Shown: piece after piece, positions 25,400 to 38,229 of the stretch
How the letters are laid out: each line of letters starts with the position of its first letter
Numbering within the stretch: the first letter of the stretch is position 1
Source: Octopus bimaculoides
Lineage: Eukaryota
Assembly (NCBI RefSeq): GCF_001194135.2
Contig: NC_068982.1
Location: 145,828,851-145,870,314 of the forward strand
Length of the DNA stretch: 41,464 nucleotides
Direction of reading: 5' to 3'
Position numbers and translations under genes: made by a program
The notes under the pieces: model-generated
Told to the model about the DNA's origin: nothing
The model's input: only the letters and a program-made list of their open reading frames with translations
Database searches by the model: none

Positions 25400-26072
25400 T
25401 GATAGCGGGGAAATATTCGGTTTAAAAAATCAAACTTGGTTCTTTCAAAATTATGATCTATCCATATCTTTCACCCCATATATCAAGATATAATTTTTTC
25501 TTGATGTTATTTACACCGAACTAGCGGCTTGTACTTTCCTTTCTGCAAACTAAGAGGCAAATGGACACTACATGAACCGACTATCCAATCATTCGAGATC
25601 TGCAATGCGAAATCTAGCTAAGGAATATTTTCCTTACAATTTCTGTATCATTGGCAAGTGAACAAATTTCCAATGGTTTAGAGATAATATTATACACATA
25701 CTTTGCGATGAAAACTGGTGCTATGACAGCCGGATCGGTAATTCCCGTAAGCAGCAAACTGTACTAAGACATATTCTAATATGTTATTATTCATTCAACC
25801 AATATAAACAATATAGAATGTAAACTAAAAACCACCAGGCATAGTGCTAAACTTAGAGCCATTGCTGATCCGAAAAAAAGAAAAAATGTCAAAGTTAACA
25901 AATACATCTAGAAAAACACTTATACTGAAAATGACACTGACCCTCTCCCCAGGGTTACAAATTGTTAATATAGTTGGAAATCTTAACGCTCATCCAGTAG
26001 TAGAATATCTCATAGATAGTACCTGGAATGGAATAAATAAACCCGTAGACATCCATCATGGCACTATTACTG

Positions 26073-26130
<58 letters not shown>

Positions 26131-26400
26131 ACGGAAAATGATAAGAATGTACCAATCGCAACAATAGGCATCGGAATAATGGACAATTTATAAAGAGCGA
26201 AACTAGAAATTTGAAAATCAATAACTGAAACCACACTAACAATAGAAGCAACACTATCCTTTCTTACATAGATAAATTTCAAATTCCTGACAGACAAAGC
26301 TCTGTGAAGTGTTTTATATGTTACAATAACAGAAATATACACGTTAATAATCGTCATATAAACAAACTAACTCATAGGAATTAAAGAATGCGTGCAATAG
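25400..26400 (-). mobile_element. Highly decayed CR1/L2-like reverse transcriptase fragment
   Basis: GITDPAVIAPVFIAKYVYNI resembles GVPQGTVLAPLLF. SLANDTEIVRKI (25626-25661) resembles YADDTK. LDVFVNFD, LYWLNE and LYKLSIIP occur in the expected order upstream. A (TAC)n tract interrupts the fragment. Confidence 0.55.
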
Positions 26401-27409
26401 GAAAATCCGACTAATGCACCCTTGAGTTCTCAGTCAGTAACTGAACAGATTTTAACTCTAGACAGCCTCAAATTTTCCTCTTAACGGTACGTGCCTATTA
26501 AGTAATATAGTACATATATAAATATATAAATTAGTCATGCTAGATAACAACAAATATTATATCGATTCTACATGTTACTCATTTAAGCACCGACGTACTG
26601 TAATTTGACTTGGTTATGATCACAGAAAATTACTTAAGGGCACCTCGCTATCAGAATATATATAGGGTCTAAAGAATGAAATTGTTGGCTTTAGACTGCA
26701 ATTTAGTATCATTACGACAGCTCCTGAAAACACAGGAAATAGGTAAAGTTTGTAGACTTAGCTGAATAAAACGGTGTAACATAAATCTTGAAGACAAAAA
26801 GTTACCTAATCATAGATTTTTTGTAACGTAAAAACTATAAATCCTTTCCGTTATATCTGCATATTAAGTTGCAATAACAAAGTCAAACCCAAATAGTGAT
26901 ACTCTGAATTCATTTAATACCTATGTTTCAAGTTTGCGAAATATATAATAGGAAAAGTATCCATTATGTAAACCATCCTTAGTTAAAGCATTTAAGAAAT
27001 ATGATTATAATGATGGAAATATTTCAATATGTACGTGGTTAGAGCAGTAAGCGAACTACTAATTTAGGGGGATAGGATAGGTATACAAAGAGAGTGAGAG
27101 GGGAAAGATAGAAAAAAAGGAAGGAAAAGGAAGAGAAGGGTATGTAAATGAGATAGTGGTGAGGGAAAGAAAGAACGTACAAGTACCTATATTGAAAGAA
27201 AATAGGATAATATCTTTTTGTTTTCAGAGATAATATAAGCAAAATTGATGAAGAATAGCTGATTCAGAACGTCATGACTTTGGGGAAAAAAATGGAATGA
27301 AATGAGCCAGATGTAAGAGTGTAGCTTAGATTTTTTGTAGTGAATGAAATTAGTAGTCTGTGGCTATAGAAATGTGGAGTCCAGGTGCTTTGGTCTAAAT
27401 AATAATCAT

Positions 27410-27530
27410 AATTTCAAATTTTGGACACGACCAGCAAGGTTGGTGCATCGATCCAAATGCTCAACTGGTGATGATGTTATTGACCACAAAAAGGTGAAAG
27501 GTAAAATATGAATCTGTTGGCGATCGTATC
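27410..27530 (-). mobile_element. Degraded 3' fragment of the second SINE family
   Basis: tttcaaattttggacacgaccagcaa...catcgatccaaatgctcaactggt...ttattgaccacaaaaaggtgaaagg. Confidence 0.6.
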
Positions 27531-27699
27531 TCTTGCAAACTGACCGTAGATTTTTTTTCTAGTCCCATGCTGTTTCTTTTTTGTGTTCTTTTCATCTTTA
27601 AGTTTTTTTCTTTCTTAATACAATTATCAATTTTAATGACGCCGGGCTTCTTTGCATGTTTCAACAATGGTTCCACGTTATTTTTTTACATACCCTACT

Positions 27700-28140
27700 A
27701 AGATGTTTCCCTCTGTTTCGATACAGTCCTTGCAGCTGATCAAGCCTCTCCCATCCTTTCTTCTGGACAAGTAGAACCTATCGGTGTCACTGTTAATGTG
27801 GAAGGCTCCGTGCACTGCCGATATTTTCTTTATTTGTATCCATGTTCATCAGTTATTTCTTTTGAATCCAGCTCCATACTGAAATGACTCCATCACCCAT
27901 GTATTAACTGCTTGGATTTTATTCCATCCGGTCAATTTTTAGCGCAACACCAATCTTAGTCTTCGGAAATACTCCCTTGTTCGGTTGCTCTTTCATTTCT
28001 CTCCCCATTATTTCTCTCCCCATTATGTCAAGGTATTTGTAGCCTTCTTTTTCTATTTATTTAATCAGTTCTGTATTCAGTAATTCTATCCCAGCTAGAG
28101 ACTGTACCTTGCCTCTTTTTAGATACATTATACCACACTT
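27700..28140 (-). mobile_element. R4/Dong-clade non-LTR retrotransposon RT C-terminal fragment
   Basis: Translation gives KCGIMYLKRGKV, GYKYLDI, EYFRRLRLVLR*KLTGWNKIQAVNTW, HGAFHINSDTDRFYLSRR and GRGLISCKDC. It includes a small internal duplication of atttctctccccatt. Confidence 0.85.
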
Positions 28141-28639
28141 CTTGAGTCTTTCTCCTTTCTCCTTTTCTCCTTTTTCTCTCTCTATTTTCCCCTTTAGCTC
28201 CTTGTATTTATCTCTCCTCTTTCTCCTCTCCCCTCCCCGCCCTCTGCACTTCTCTCTTCTCGCTTCCAATTTTCCCCTTCCTACTACTGACACGTGACCC
28301 GTAGTCATCCCGTTTTTTTTCTCACTTTCTCCTTTGTTTTCCACCCCGACCACTGAAGCATCCGGGTGCAATTTCTCTAATCTCCACTACAACCTGTTTC
28401 GTTGTCGTTTTTCCTATTTCTGTTATGCTTTGGTCTCATTTCCCAACAGCTACATGCCGGTCACCACCAAGAGGGATGAATATTATCGTTAAAGGTGCGA
28501 AATTGCGTTTATGTCCCTGATCAATAACTGTTGAGGAGTTAGTATCATTCTTTGTCTGTTATCTATTCTTCTGTGTATTTAGTAAAAGATTTTTTAACAT
28601 ATGATAGATTCTCTTTTCGTAAACGACAAATGAGTGCTC

Positions 28640-29562
28640 AGAAAAATAAACTGTTAATCATGCTCTATGGACACGTATGTGTCGCATGAGGCCTGCTGGT
28701 GTCTTGCAAACCTTTTGGAAAATGGAACAAGCTGAGGATTCAGTCTGATTGATAAATTGCAAATCATTTACTATGTGTTTTCTTGAGTGAATGGCAAGGC
28801 CTGCTTTGCTTCGTGTCACAAAACCACAAAAACTGATTTGATTTCCATTTAGTTGAACAGCGTTTTGACAGCCTGCCTTCATACTTGTACGAAGTTGGTC
28901 CCAATGTTGTAGTCGACGTAGCTTAATTCTTTCAGCCAAGCCCTGCGGTCTGATGCTCTTTTTAGTCAGGAAGGAAAGGGTATGTTGCATCGTTTCAGAT
29001 TGTTTTTTAATTTTCTCTGAAGCCCAACTGACCTTCCTTTTGGGAATTTGCCAAAGAGAAGTTGACTCGGAATTCTGATATCACTCATACGTGAAAGATG
29101 ATCTGACAATCTAACCTGTATTTTGATAAGGATGACTTCAATACTTGATATGTTGCATTTTCTAAGTATCTTACTGTTATGAATATGGTGAATTGGTTTT
29201 ATGTTGGAGATAGTACGCAAGCATCGCATCTGAAAAGCGTCAAGCTGGTTGATATGCTTTCGGTACAAAGTTCAATATTCAGCACCACAAAGCGATGTTG
29301 TCAAGACCACCGATCTATATACATTGACTTTCACCTTCAACGATACAACCTGTGTGTTCCAAACCTGAGATAAAGCTAACCGAAAAATTCCCGATTCTGA
29401 TCTCAATTTCGTTATCAATCTTCGCATCGCCCCATAATCACTTCTATACTCAAATGTTATTCCTTCTTTAACACCCTCGAACGCTGTTCCAACATGATTG
29501 AGAAACAGAAAGCAAATAAGAGTTGCGCAAAAACACAGCCCTGTACCAAAATTTGCAATCAA
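28640..29562 (-). mobile_element. RTE (BovB-like) LINE 3' fragment with internal deletion
   Basis: Translation gives GITFEYRSD..RRL, VWNTQVVSLKVKVNVYRSVVLTT, HINQLDAFQMRCLRTI..I, HLSRMSDIRIPSQLLFG, LKNNLKRCNI, and C-terminal motifs SKAGLAIHSRKH and CKTPAGLMRHIRVH. Confidence 0.9.
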
Positions 29563-30754
29563 TATTAGGATATATTATAGAATCAGAATTATAGAGCTAT
29601 TTCGAAGTGTCAGTAAGTAACGTAATCATAATATTTATTGGAGATGACAACTCTAATTTATTCTTTAATTGATTTCATCGTTATAGTATGCCATTTTTTA
29701 ACGTTAATAGTCCTATAGTACTTTCCATTTATGTATCCTTATTTCAGCAAGAAAATAACATTCTACTATTTCCTGAATAGACGTACTATACCCAAAATAT
29801 GTTCAAAGATTTCTTCCATACTATCCAGATTAAGCATTAATGAATGTCTGACTATTTATTCCTTAACGCATGTTTAGCCCTGGTGCTACGCATGGTAAAA
29901 TCAAGGACAGACCTTTCATTATTTTTTTGTTATGATAATTCTGACAACTGCAGAGGGACGTATTCTAGAAACTTTACACGCCTAAAACCCTTTGAATGTC
30001 ATCATAGTGTACCTACTTCAGCAAATAGTCTAAGATATTATCTAATTTAAACAATATTTGGTTACTATTTCTAGCGGAAATTTTGACCTCCTAATTTTCT
30101 TAAGTGGAAATTACAAATTTTCATTGTGAACATTTGTAACTCTGAACGTCAACTAATCCATTGTTGCTAAACATAATGGCCGGAAAAGCAAAGACAAAAA
30201 AAAAGAAAAAAAACACATAGAAACATATACTCACACATCCACACAGTCACACACCCGCGCAAGCACACTCTCAAACGCATATATATGAACACACACACTC
30301 ACACACACAGACATTCGAACTCGTACACAAACAAGAAAAATGCGATGTAGTTAATCTGAATCACTTCTATTGTTTTGCTTATAAGGTCAAAACTGCGAAA
30401 TAATAATTACATAAAACGATAGACGTAAGTCAAGTAATTTAATATCAACAATGATGCACTAATATACACATAAGCAATATTTTGTATTCGAGAAAAACAT
30501 TAGCAAAGAAATTTTGATTACTTTGTGAGGTTTTTATATGTTTTCGTGTGAATGTATCGAGTTACGTGTCTATTAATTTCCGTATTCATATGCATACATA
30601 TGTATTTTAATATATATATATATATATCCATACAGGATGAGTGGTATGCCACATTATACTCGTTCGATACTTGATATGTCATCATTCCACTTCATTTTTA
30701 TTTCTAATCATTTTAACTTCATAAATGCATGTAAAGTGGAATCATTTATTGTGT

Positions 30755-30960
30755 ACAGACGCAGGCGTGGGTGCGAGGTAAGAAGCTTGATTCGTAACTA
30801 CATTGTCCGGTTTCAGCCCTACTTTCTGCTAACTTGGGCATATCGCTTGTACTATAGCCCGGGCCGAGCAATGCTTTGTGAATAGATTTGGTAGATATAA
30901 ATTGAATGAAGACAGTCAATGTGTGAGTGTGTGTGTGTATGTATATATTTGTTTCGGTGT
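30755..30960 (+). mobile_element. 5' half of the same SINE
   Basis: gacgcaggcgtggg...aagaagcttg...actatagcccgggccgagcaatgctttgtgaatagatttggtaga is followed by a (TG)n tract and then the maT fragment. Confidence 0.75.
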
Positions 30961-30971
30961 CAATCTCTGGA

Positions 30972-31467
30972 CAGTGCAATCTGAGGACATATACCGAGCG
31001 CGGTAAAAGTCAAACATCCATCAACATCATGGTGTCTGGAGTGATTATTAGTAATGGTGACGTTATGACTTAATTCATCTTCACACACGGACTCACACCC
31101 AACACGGAGGCCTACATGGAATGTCTGGAAGAGGTAATGCTGCCCTGGTTCAAGAGGGTGGCTGATGGAAAACTCCATGTCTGTCAACAGGGCTCTCCAC
31201 CATGCCACACAAGCCGGAGAACCCAATCATGGCTGTCAGACAATTTCTGCGACCACACGACGCCTAACATTTGGCTACCAAACTCACCAGACTGCAACAC
31301 CTTGATTATTTGTGGTGGTGGAGGGTGCAGTTGAGCGAAGACCAACAAAACTCCTTGTAACACCAAAGATGAACTAAAGGCTAGGGTTATGGAGGCATCC
31401 ACTAACTTAAAAACAAGGAGATCATCCCGAAGAGTTGCAAAAAATTTCGAAGTCGTCTGGAGGCCTT
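30972..31467 (+). mobile_element. Second maT/DD37D-like Tc1/mariner transposase fragment, truncated by an assembly gap
   Basis: Translation gives KVKH..IMVSGVIISNGDVM, FIFTHGLTPNTEAYMECLEEVMLPW, QQGSPPCHTSRRTQSWLSDNF..TPNIWLPNSPDCN, NTKDELKARVME and FRSRLEA. The second catalytic D reads G, and the copy has stops and frameshifts. Confidence 0.9.
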
Positions 31468-31887
31468 NNNNNNNNNNNNNNNNNNNNNNNNNNNNNNNNN
31501 NNNNNNNNNNNNNNNNNNNNNNNNNNNNNNNNNNNNNNNNNNNNNNNNNNNNNNNNNNNNNNNNNNNNNNNNNNNNNNNNNNNNNNNNNNNNNNNNNNNN
31601 NNNNNNNNNNNNNNNNNNNNNNNNNNNNNNNNNNNNNNNNNNNNNNNNNNNNNNNNNNNNNNNNNNNNNNNNNNNNNNNNNNNNNNNNNNNNNNNNNNNN
31701 NNNNNNNNNNNNNNNNNNNNNNNNNNNNNNNNNNNNNNNNNNNNNNNNNNNNNNNNNNNNNNNNNNNNNNNNNNNNNNNNNNNNNNNNNNNNNNNNNNNN
31801 NNNNNNNNNNNNNNNNNNNNNNNNNNNNNNNNNNNNNNNNNNNNNNNNNNNNNNNATATACACGCACACACACACATGCACACACAC

Positions 31888-32292
31888 AAAGGTGCAGGCA
31901 TGGCTGTGTATTAAGAAGCTTTCTTGTCAACCACATGGTTTCGGGTTCAGTCTCACTGCGTGGCATCAAGGGTAAGTGTCTCCTACTATAGCCGCGGGTC
32001 GAATAAAGCCTAGTCAGTGGATTTGGTAGACGTAAACTGAAAGAAGCCCATCGTATATGTATATTTGTATATCTATATGAGTGTATCTCTGTGTCTGTTT
32101 GTTTCCCACCACCACTTGGCAAGCGATGGTGGTGTCTTTACGTCCCCGTATCTTAGCGGTTCGGCAAAAGAGATTGATAATAGTAGGTTTAAAAAGGTAA
32201 TAAGTCCTAGGGTCAATTTACTCGGCACAAGACCCCTACAATGTGGTACACCAACATGGCTGCAGTCAAAATGACTGAAGCAAGTAAAAGAC
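31888..32292 (+). mobile_element. Full-length copy of the same SINE
   Basis: ggtgcaggcatggctgtg...gggttcagtctc...actatagcc...gatttggtagacgtaaactgaaagaagccc...cttagcggttcggcaaaagag...catggctgcagtcaaaatgactgaagcaagtaaaaga aligns by eye to the 18535-18991 copy. Confidence 0.9.
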
Positions 32293-32832
32293 AAACGATA
32301 AACATATAGGCAGAGAGAAAGAGAGAGAAATAGTGTTATCGCTCCATTTAAGGGGCAAAGTACGAAATTCTCGGCCCTCGAATCACTTTCTTGCTTTTGC
32401 TAAATATTAATAAAAATAAATCATACTTATATTTTGAGTGATATTTTCCGTGTTTGTATCACCAACCTATACACACACACACAGGCACACAGACACACGC
32501 ACGCACACACACATACACACACACACATACACACACATGTACACACACATACACGCACACACACACGCACACGCACACACACACACACGCATAAGTTCCA
32601 CATTTCATTTGTGCAGCTGAAGATAGCACTGTATTTATACTGATGTATATATACATATACAAAAAGATATAAACACACATATGCATACACATACAAATGC
32701 ATATACATATGCGTTGTGTGTAAGGTGATAACAGTAGAATTCCTCCCTGATTACCTCATTTAGAAGAACTGTAATCATTCTTCAACAAGCTGCATATCGT
32801 TGTGCCATCAGAGAGAAATCCACAGGCATAAA

Positions 32833-32950
32833 CATGGAGAAATGGTAGAATCATTAAAGTGTCGGCATTTTTTTTCTAAATCTTTGCTCTGAGTCGAAAT
32901 TCCACGTAGTGTATCTCTGCGTTCCCCCTTTTAGAAGCGATGATAAAACG
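32833..32950 (+). mobile_element. Degraded tRNA-like 5' head of a SINE
   Basis: atggtagaatcattaaagtgtcgg...ctctgagtcgaaattccacg...ttcccccttttag shows A-box-like and B-box-like remnants. The family assignment is from recall only. Confidence 0.4.
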
Positions 32951-33613
32951 GGAAAGATGTCAATTTGAGGTCTCCGTGAAAAATTTATGGACCCTGCCGT
33001 TTCTTCATGAATAAAAGATAATCAAACAATGAGATCCTTGTTGATGCATTTCTACGTCCACATCAACACTTGATTGTTTCAAACAAATGATAATTTTTAA
33101 TGATTATACAATTACACCAATCTANNNNNNNNNNNNNNNNNNNNNNNNNNNNNNNNNNNNNNNNNNNNNNNNNNNNNNNNNNNNNNNNNNNNNNNNNNNN
33201 NNNNNNNNNNNNNNNNNNNNNNNNNNNNNNNNNNNNNNNNNNNNNNNNNNNNNNNNNNNNNNNNNNNNNNNNNNNNNNNNNNNNNNNNNNNNNNNNNNNN
33301 NNNNNNNNNNNNNNNNNNNNNNNNNNNNNNNNNNNNNNNNNNNNNNNNNNNNNNNNNNNNNNNNNNNNNNNNNNNNNNNNNNNNNNNNNNNNNNNNNNNN
33401 NNNNNNNNNNNNNNNNNNNNNNNNNNNNNNNNNNNNNNNNNNNNNNNNNNNNNNNNNNNNNNNNNNNNNNNNNNNNNNNNNNNNNNNNNNNNNNNNNNNN
33501 NNNNNNNNNNNNNNNNNNNNNNNNNNNNNNNNNNNNNNNNNNNNNNNNNNNNNNNNNNNNNNNNNNNNNNNNNNNNNNNNNNNNNNNNNNNNNNNNNNNN
33601 NNNNNNNNNNNNN

Positions 33614-33780
33614 GATGCTGGTGTGTTGACGTTCCCGTAACTTAGCGGTTCGACAAAAGAGACCGATAGAATAAGTACAAGGCTTACAAAGAATAAGTGC
33701 TGGGGGCGATTTGCTCGACTAAAGGCGGTGCTCCAGCATGGCCACAGTCAAATGACTGAAACAAGTAAAAAAGTAAAAGA
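33614..33780 (+). mobile_element. 3' half of the same SINE (5' part lost in gap)
   Basis: gatgctggtgtgttgacgttcccgtaacttagcggttcg...ggcggtgctccagcatggccacagtcaaatgactgaaacaagtaaaa matches the 3' halves of the other copies. Confidence 0.9.
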
Positions 33781-34492
33781 GGCCACGTTATTTAAAACTT
33801 CGTTGCGTCCACCAGTAATAAACAAAATAGCTTAATAATATTATACATTACTTGTTCATGCATGATGTACCCGACACTCCTATTTGGAAAATAACAATTT
33901 TTTTCCTTCTATTGTTTAAAGAATAGAACGTGTCCTATTTAGGATTTTGACTTGATATTAAATTTAAATCAGCTATAGGCAAATAATTTAGGAAGTGTAA
34001 CATATTGTTTCGTTTAGTTGCATATTTTTCTTTGTTACATAGGTCAGAAACGGAAAATTTAATTTATATTTTTTCTCGGCATAACAAATATGAGAGATAT
34101 CTACAGAGATCATGTACTTCACACAAACTTATATTCACCATACAGACAGAAATAAAGACACAAAGAAATAATTGATACAAGTCTAACAGAGACAAGACGT
34201 AGCATTTACTTAGACAATGTCATATATTGTTCATTCCCGAACACATATACTTTCTAGCTGTAGATTTTTCCCATCCTATATATACCCACCTTACATTATA
34301 CTGGATTTCTTAAACGGCTTTACTGTATTATACAATGTTGCCTGCATATTTTTGCTAAGTATGTATGTATATAAATTTTTGTGTACACACACGCGTGAGC
34401 ACGCGCGCACGTGCATATGCACACATTGATACTTATTTATATCTATATGTCTGTTTGCGTAAAAAGACGTCAACAACGATATATGCATGCAT

Positions 34493-34546
<54 letters not shown>

Positions 34547-34767
34547 GGATATATAAATATACATAATACACACACACATGAATACATATGTATATATGTA
34601 TGTATATATATATATGTATATATATANNNNNNNNNNNNNNNNNNNNNNNNNNNNNNNNNNNNNNNNNNNNNNNNNNNNNNNNNNNNNNNNNNNNNNNNNN
34701 NNNNNNNNNNNNNNNNNNNNNNNNNNNNNNNNNNNNNNNNNNNNNNNNNNNNNNNNNNNNNNNNNNN

Positions 34768-34801
<34 letters not shown>

Positions 34802-37461
34802 GTTGAATAAGTGAAAAAAGCTGATAAGTAAGTCGTAAATGTTTGAAAAATGGCTTGTCGAATTTACAATAACGCTATACTAAAGATGTGTCTATATGTA
34901 ACTGCATATCCGAGTAAATGAAAAAGAGATAACATTAGTAGAGAAAAAATTATATATGTCAGACATTTCATTGATCTTTTTGTGTTTCTCACTAAAGTTT
35001 ACATTAAAAAAGTATTCTTACTCTTACTTTTCATCCATTGGAAAGAAACTAACTTATTAATGTAACGTTTGGCTTTTCTCCCAAATCTGAGACTAAATAT
35101 CAAAATAACAAGCGATGATCTGATAAGTACTGAATAATAATAAGAAACATAAATACTCTAGCAGATGAGGAGATAGTTTTCTCTTATCTCCGCATTTTCG
35201 TTTGCTTATTGAGTGGTAATTGACATAACAGAGACAGAAGAACTGTCTTTGAAATCAAAATAAGCTATTCAAAGGTTAATAGAGAAAATGGAGCTGTCAA
35301 CATGATGTATTAAAGGGTGGTTTGCTAGAGTTGTCTCTTTAACAATTCAATTATACAATAATAGATATTTTTGTTCGTACATTTCTGTGGTTGTTTGTAT
35401 ACAAATGAAAATAAAACGATGGAAATAAAAGAAATATTAATCCGAACAATAAAAATCAGGGATAGAAGAGAAAGATAATTCAAAAAGATAAAGAAATGTA
35501 TTGATTAAACAGTGGTGAGCTGGAAAAGTGTATATTTAAAGTTGAAAGGAAACTTTTGTGCGTCATTAATGTAAGCAAACGGTAATCTACATTCGATACC
35601 AGAATATTGCGTTATTGTTTGACACCTTTATTAATATAGATATTAATTATGACTCAAACGCTCCTAAATGTCTTAAGCACTTACTTATATAGTTACTCTT
35701 TCTTTGGTTAGTCATTTATCACAGAAAATCTTCTAGATAAAGTCCTACTATAGAAAATATAATGGGTACATAGTGAAGCTGGTTCAGTAAAACCGTGTAA
35801 GTTCTTTATTACATTTAGATTATTTCAGGATTCTGGGTAGTATCGTGCTGCATCCTATCTATATGTTAGGTGTTAGATTCATCAAATCCAGTAACGGAAA
35901 GAACGCTAGATAATTTAAAAACCAAAACAAAGAACGGTTTTAACTCTATATCAAATTGACCACTTCTTGGAAAGAAAATAACAACGAAATGAAGCATTCC
36001 TCCAACGTGCCTAATGTGCACAGATATTACTTGTTACAGGAGCAATATTCACAGTGCTAGGCTATTGATTTATTGCAAGGTATCAAATAATTACGGTTTT
36101 AGAAATGGAATTTCTTCCCTGCTGCGCCAGTCACAAAATGTCAAATTTACGGATCATTCTCAGAAAATGTCGCTTAATATCGGCCTTCAACGCTTCTGTT
36201 TACATTACAACTAAGAAGTTATAAGTCACATTTATATTTATATATNNNNNNNNNNTGCTTTTGAAAATGGATCTTTGATCTCAGTTATTCAGTCGTTAAT
36301 GGATGCATTAATATTACAGATGACATTGTGAATTCACATCCGAGATAATTAAATGTATTTCTGCAAGTAATGTTTCTAGAAAAAGCGTGTAATTCAGAGC
36401 TTTTAATCGTAATCTTGCTCTTAGTTAGACATTCAACTTTTATATTTTTCGGAACAAATATTAAATGTTTTATTCAGTGTGAAGAACATTGACACTTCAA
36501 GAACTGTCCTTAACCTGTATTTAAAATATCTAAATAAACATAAAGATGTGAGTTCCTAACATTGATTGAATAATATGTTTCTGTCGATTTCCTATCACTA
36601 GGTGGTTATAAAGATGTAAGAAAGTCCTTGAATAGTTAATAAATAGTTTAATTCCTTTTTTGTGGTTTAAGGTAATGGATTACAACAGCTCTATCACATG
36701 TATCGATGAAACACTCTCTATACATAAAAATTCTTAGTTTCTATGTTTTAGCAGGTAGCAATTTCAGGATAAAAACAACCAGATATTTTTGCAATGGTCA
36801 GGTACAATCATAAAGGTAGAGTTAATATGAATATAAATTGAATGAAAAATAAAGTTCATTCTCCTTCTACAATAGTTTATCAAGATTCTAAGTGTATAGA
36901 TGCCTAGAGAATATAGCGCTGCCAGAAGAAAAAAAAGCATTCATGATAAGCTAGAAGATATTTGACACTTTATCACGTCTGCGCTAATGTGTGGCATCTC
37001 CCTAGTCGACTTCATTATCCTCATTAAAAATTTTGGATGCAAACAGTTGCTTTTCAAGGATCGATATTTCAGATGACGTTGTGAAAACCAAGTTACATAA
37101 ATAATGTCTTTGATAAGTGTAAGTTCATCAGATATCATCGGTAATTTTCTTCTCAAAAACCTTAGTTTTCTCTGAGAATTATGTAGCTTGATTACTGGAT
37201 TTATATATGTTTGACACAAGGGTCATTTTTAATAATTTGCAAGATCGGAATATATTACAAAGCCATTTGTATACTTTGGTTAATTGTTAGCAAACACACA
37301 CGGTGATATTGTTATGTCATATTTGTTATATTGCATTCTCTTGATGAGCTACAGTTTATTCAATTAGGTTGCTATTACCCGATGCCTATCAGTCAGGCTT
37401 CAGAGAAATAATGGAAGCGAAGTAACTGTGCATTAATATTTCACTCTTCATCACTTTGACT

Positions 37462-37560
37462 TACTATCAGGAACCCCAGAAGTATCAGAACCACATACGC
37501 TGCGCTCCTGTGTACTGCCAAGATCCTCAGGAAAACAGTCGATGCGAGAATATCTTAAGC
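37462..37560 (+). mobile_element. R4/Dong-like ORF C-terminal fragment
   Basis: ALLCTAKILRKTVD resembles the terminal (Q)KAALLGTA.ILRK.L motif. The fragment is short. Confidence 0.5.
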
Positions 37561-38229
37561 TTTTAATCTTTTTCAAAATCGCAAATATTCCAAGAAACAT
37601 TAAACAAAATCATTTGGTCTCTCCTCTCTGCAACACATCACCCCTACTCAGATTCAACATCACATTAAATACAATGTCTAACTTACTCACTCACAAATAC
37701 TACGCGCGCGCTTAAACCTCTATATAACTGTTTCCTTATATTTGTCAACTATACATTTCCAATATTTAAATGAATCATAGCGCGCCACAAAAGCTGTTTT
37801 TTTTTTTTTTGCTGTTTATCCTAGGCCAGCCCTTCAAGTGAGTTATTTGATTATGCAAAAATTGTATTATAAACTGTGGTATCGAAATGATAGTGTAGAA
37901 AGCAACGGCATCACTAAAAATAACATTCTGTTTTTTTTTCTTTACATAGGAGTGACACATATTCAGCCAACATAAAGAAGAGGAAGACGAACTCTCCATG
38001 TAAATTACTAAATATAGTATCTACTTAGCCGACATTTTTTTTTATATATAGGCTGGACAAGAATGAGCTCGGTGTACATGCTAGCACTAATGATAATAAA
38101 ATAAAAGAGATTTGGTATCCAGCTTGAAAATATATTTGGGGAAAATCCTTGTTTAAGTGAGTTAGAATGCTTCATTAGGAATCGTCATATAATATATAGA
38201 AACATGAGTCTTATCTTACAGCTCGAAAA

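Larger units (their letters stand above)
2082..36255. other. Eight assembly gaps (N runs): 2082-2485, 3295-3498, 10885-11001, 17262-17547, 31468-31855, 33125-33613, 34627-34767, 36246-36255
   Basis: N characters in the sequence. Most gaps are bordered by TA, CA or TATG microsatellite. Confidence 0.99.

Noticed and set aside
25955-26357. Hydrophobic minus-strand peptides including PWGEGQCHFQY, initially GPCR-like
   Set aside because: Better explained as decayed CR1-like RT, given the downstream GVPQG-like and YADD-like motifs in order. The frame is broken by stops and a microsatellite.
2011-34814. Long ORFs in the track that span N runs or microsatellites (for example 17058-17690, 31184-32122, 33087-33645, and the poly-F/L/K/T/S ORFs)
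   Set aside because: They are artefacts of gaps and simple repeats that contain no stop codons.
13159-37135. Other CTGANGA-like cores (13159 plus, 20930 plus, 27846 minus, 37125 minus)
   Set aside because: None is followed by a paired stem II plus GAAA and a closing NUH, so they are not hammerheads.
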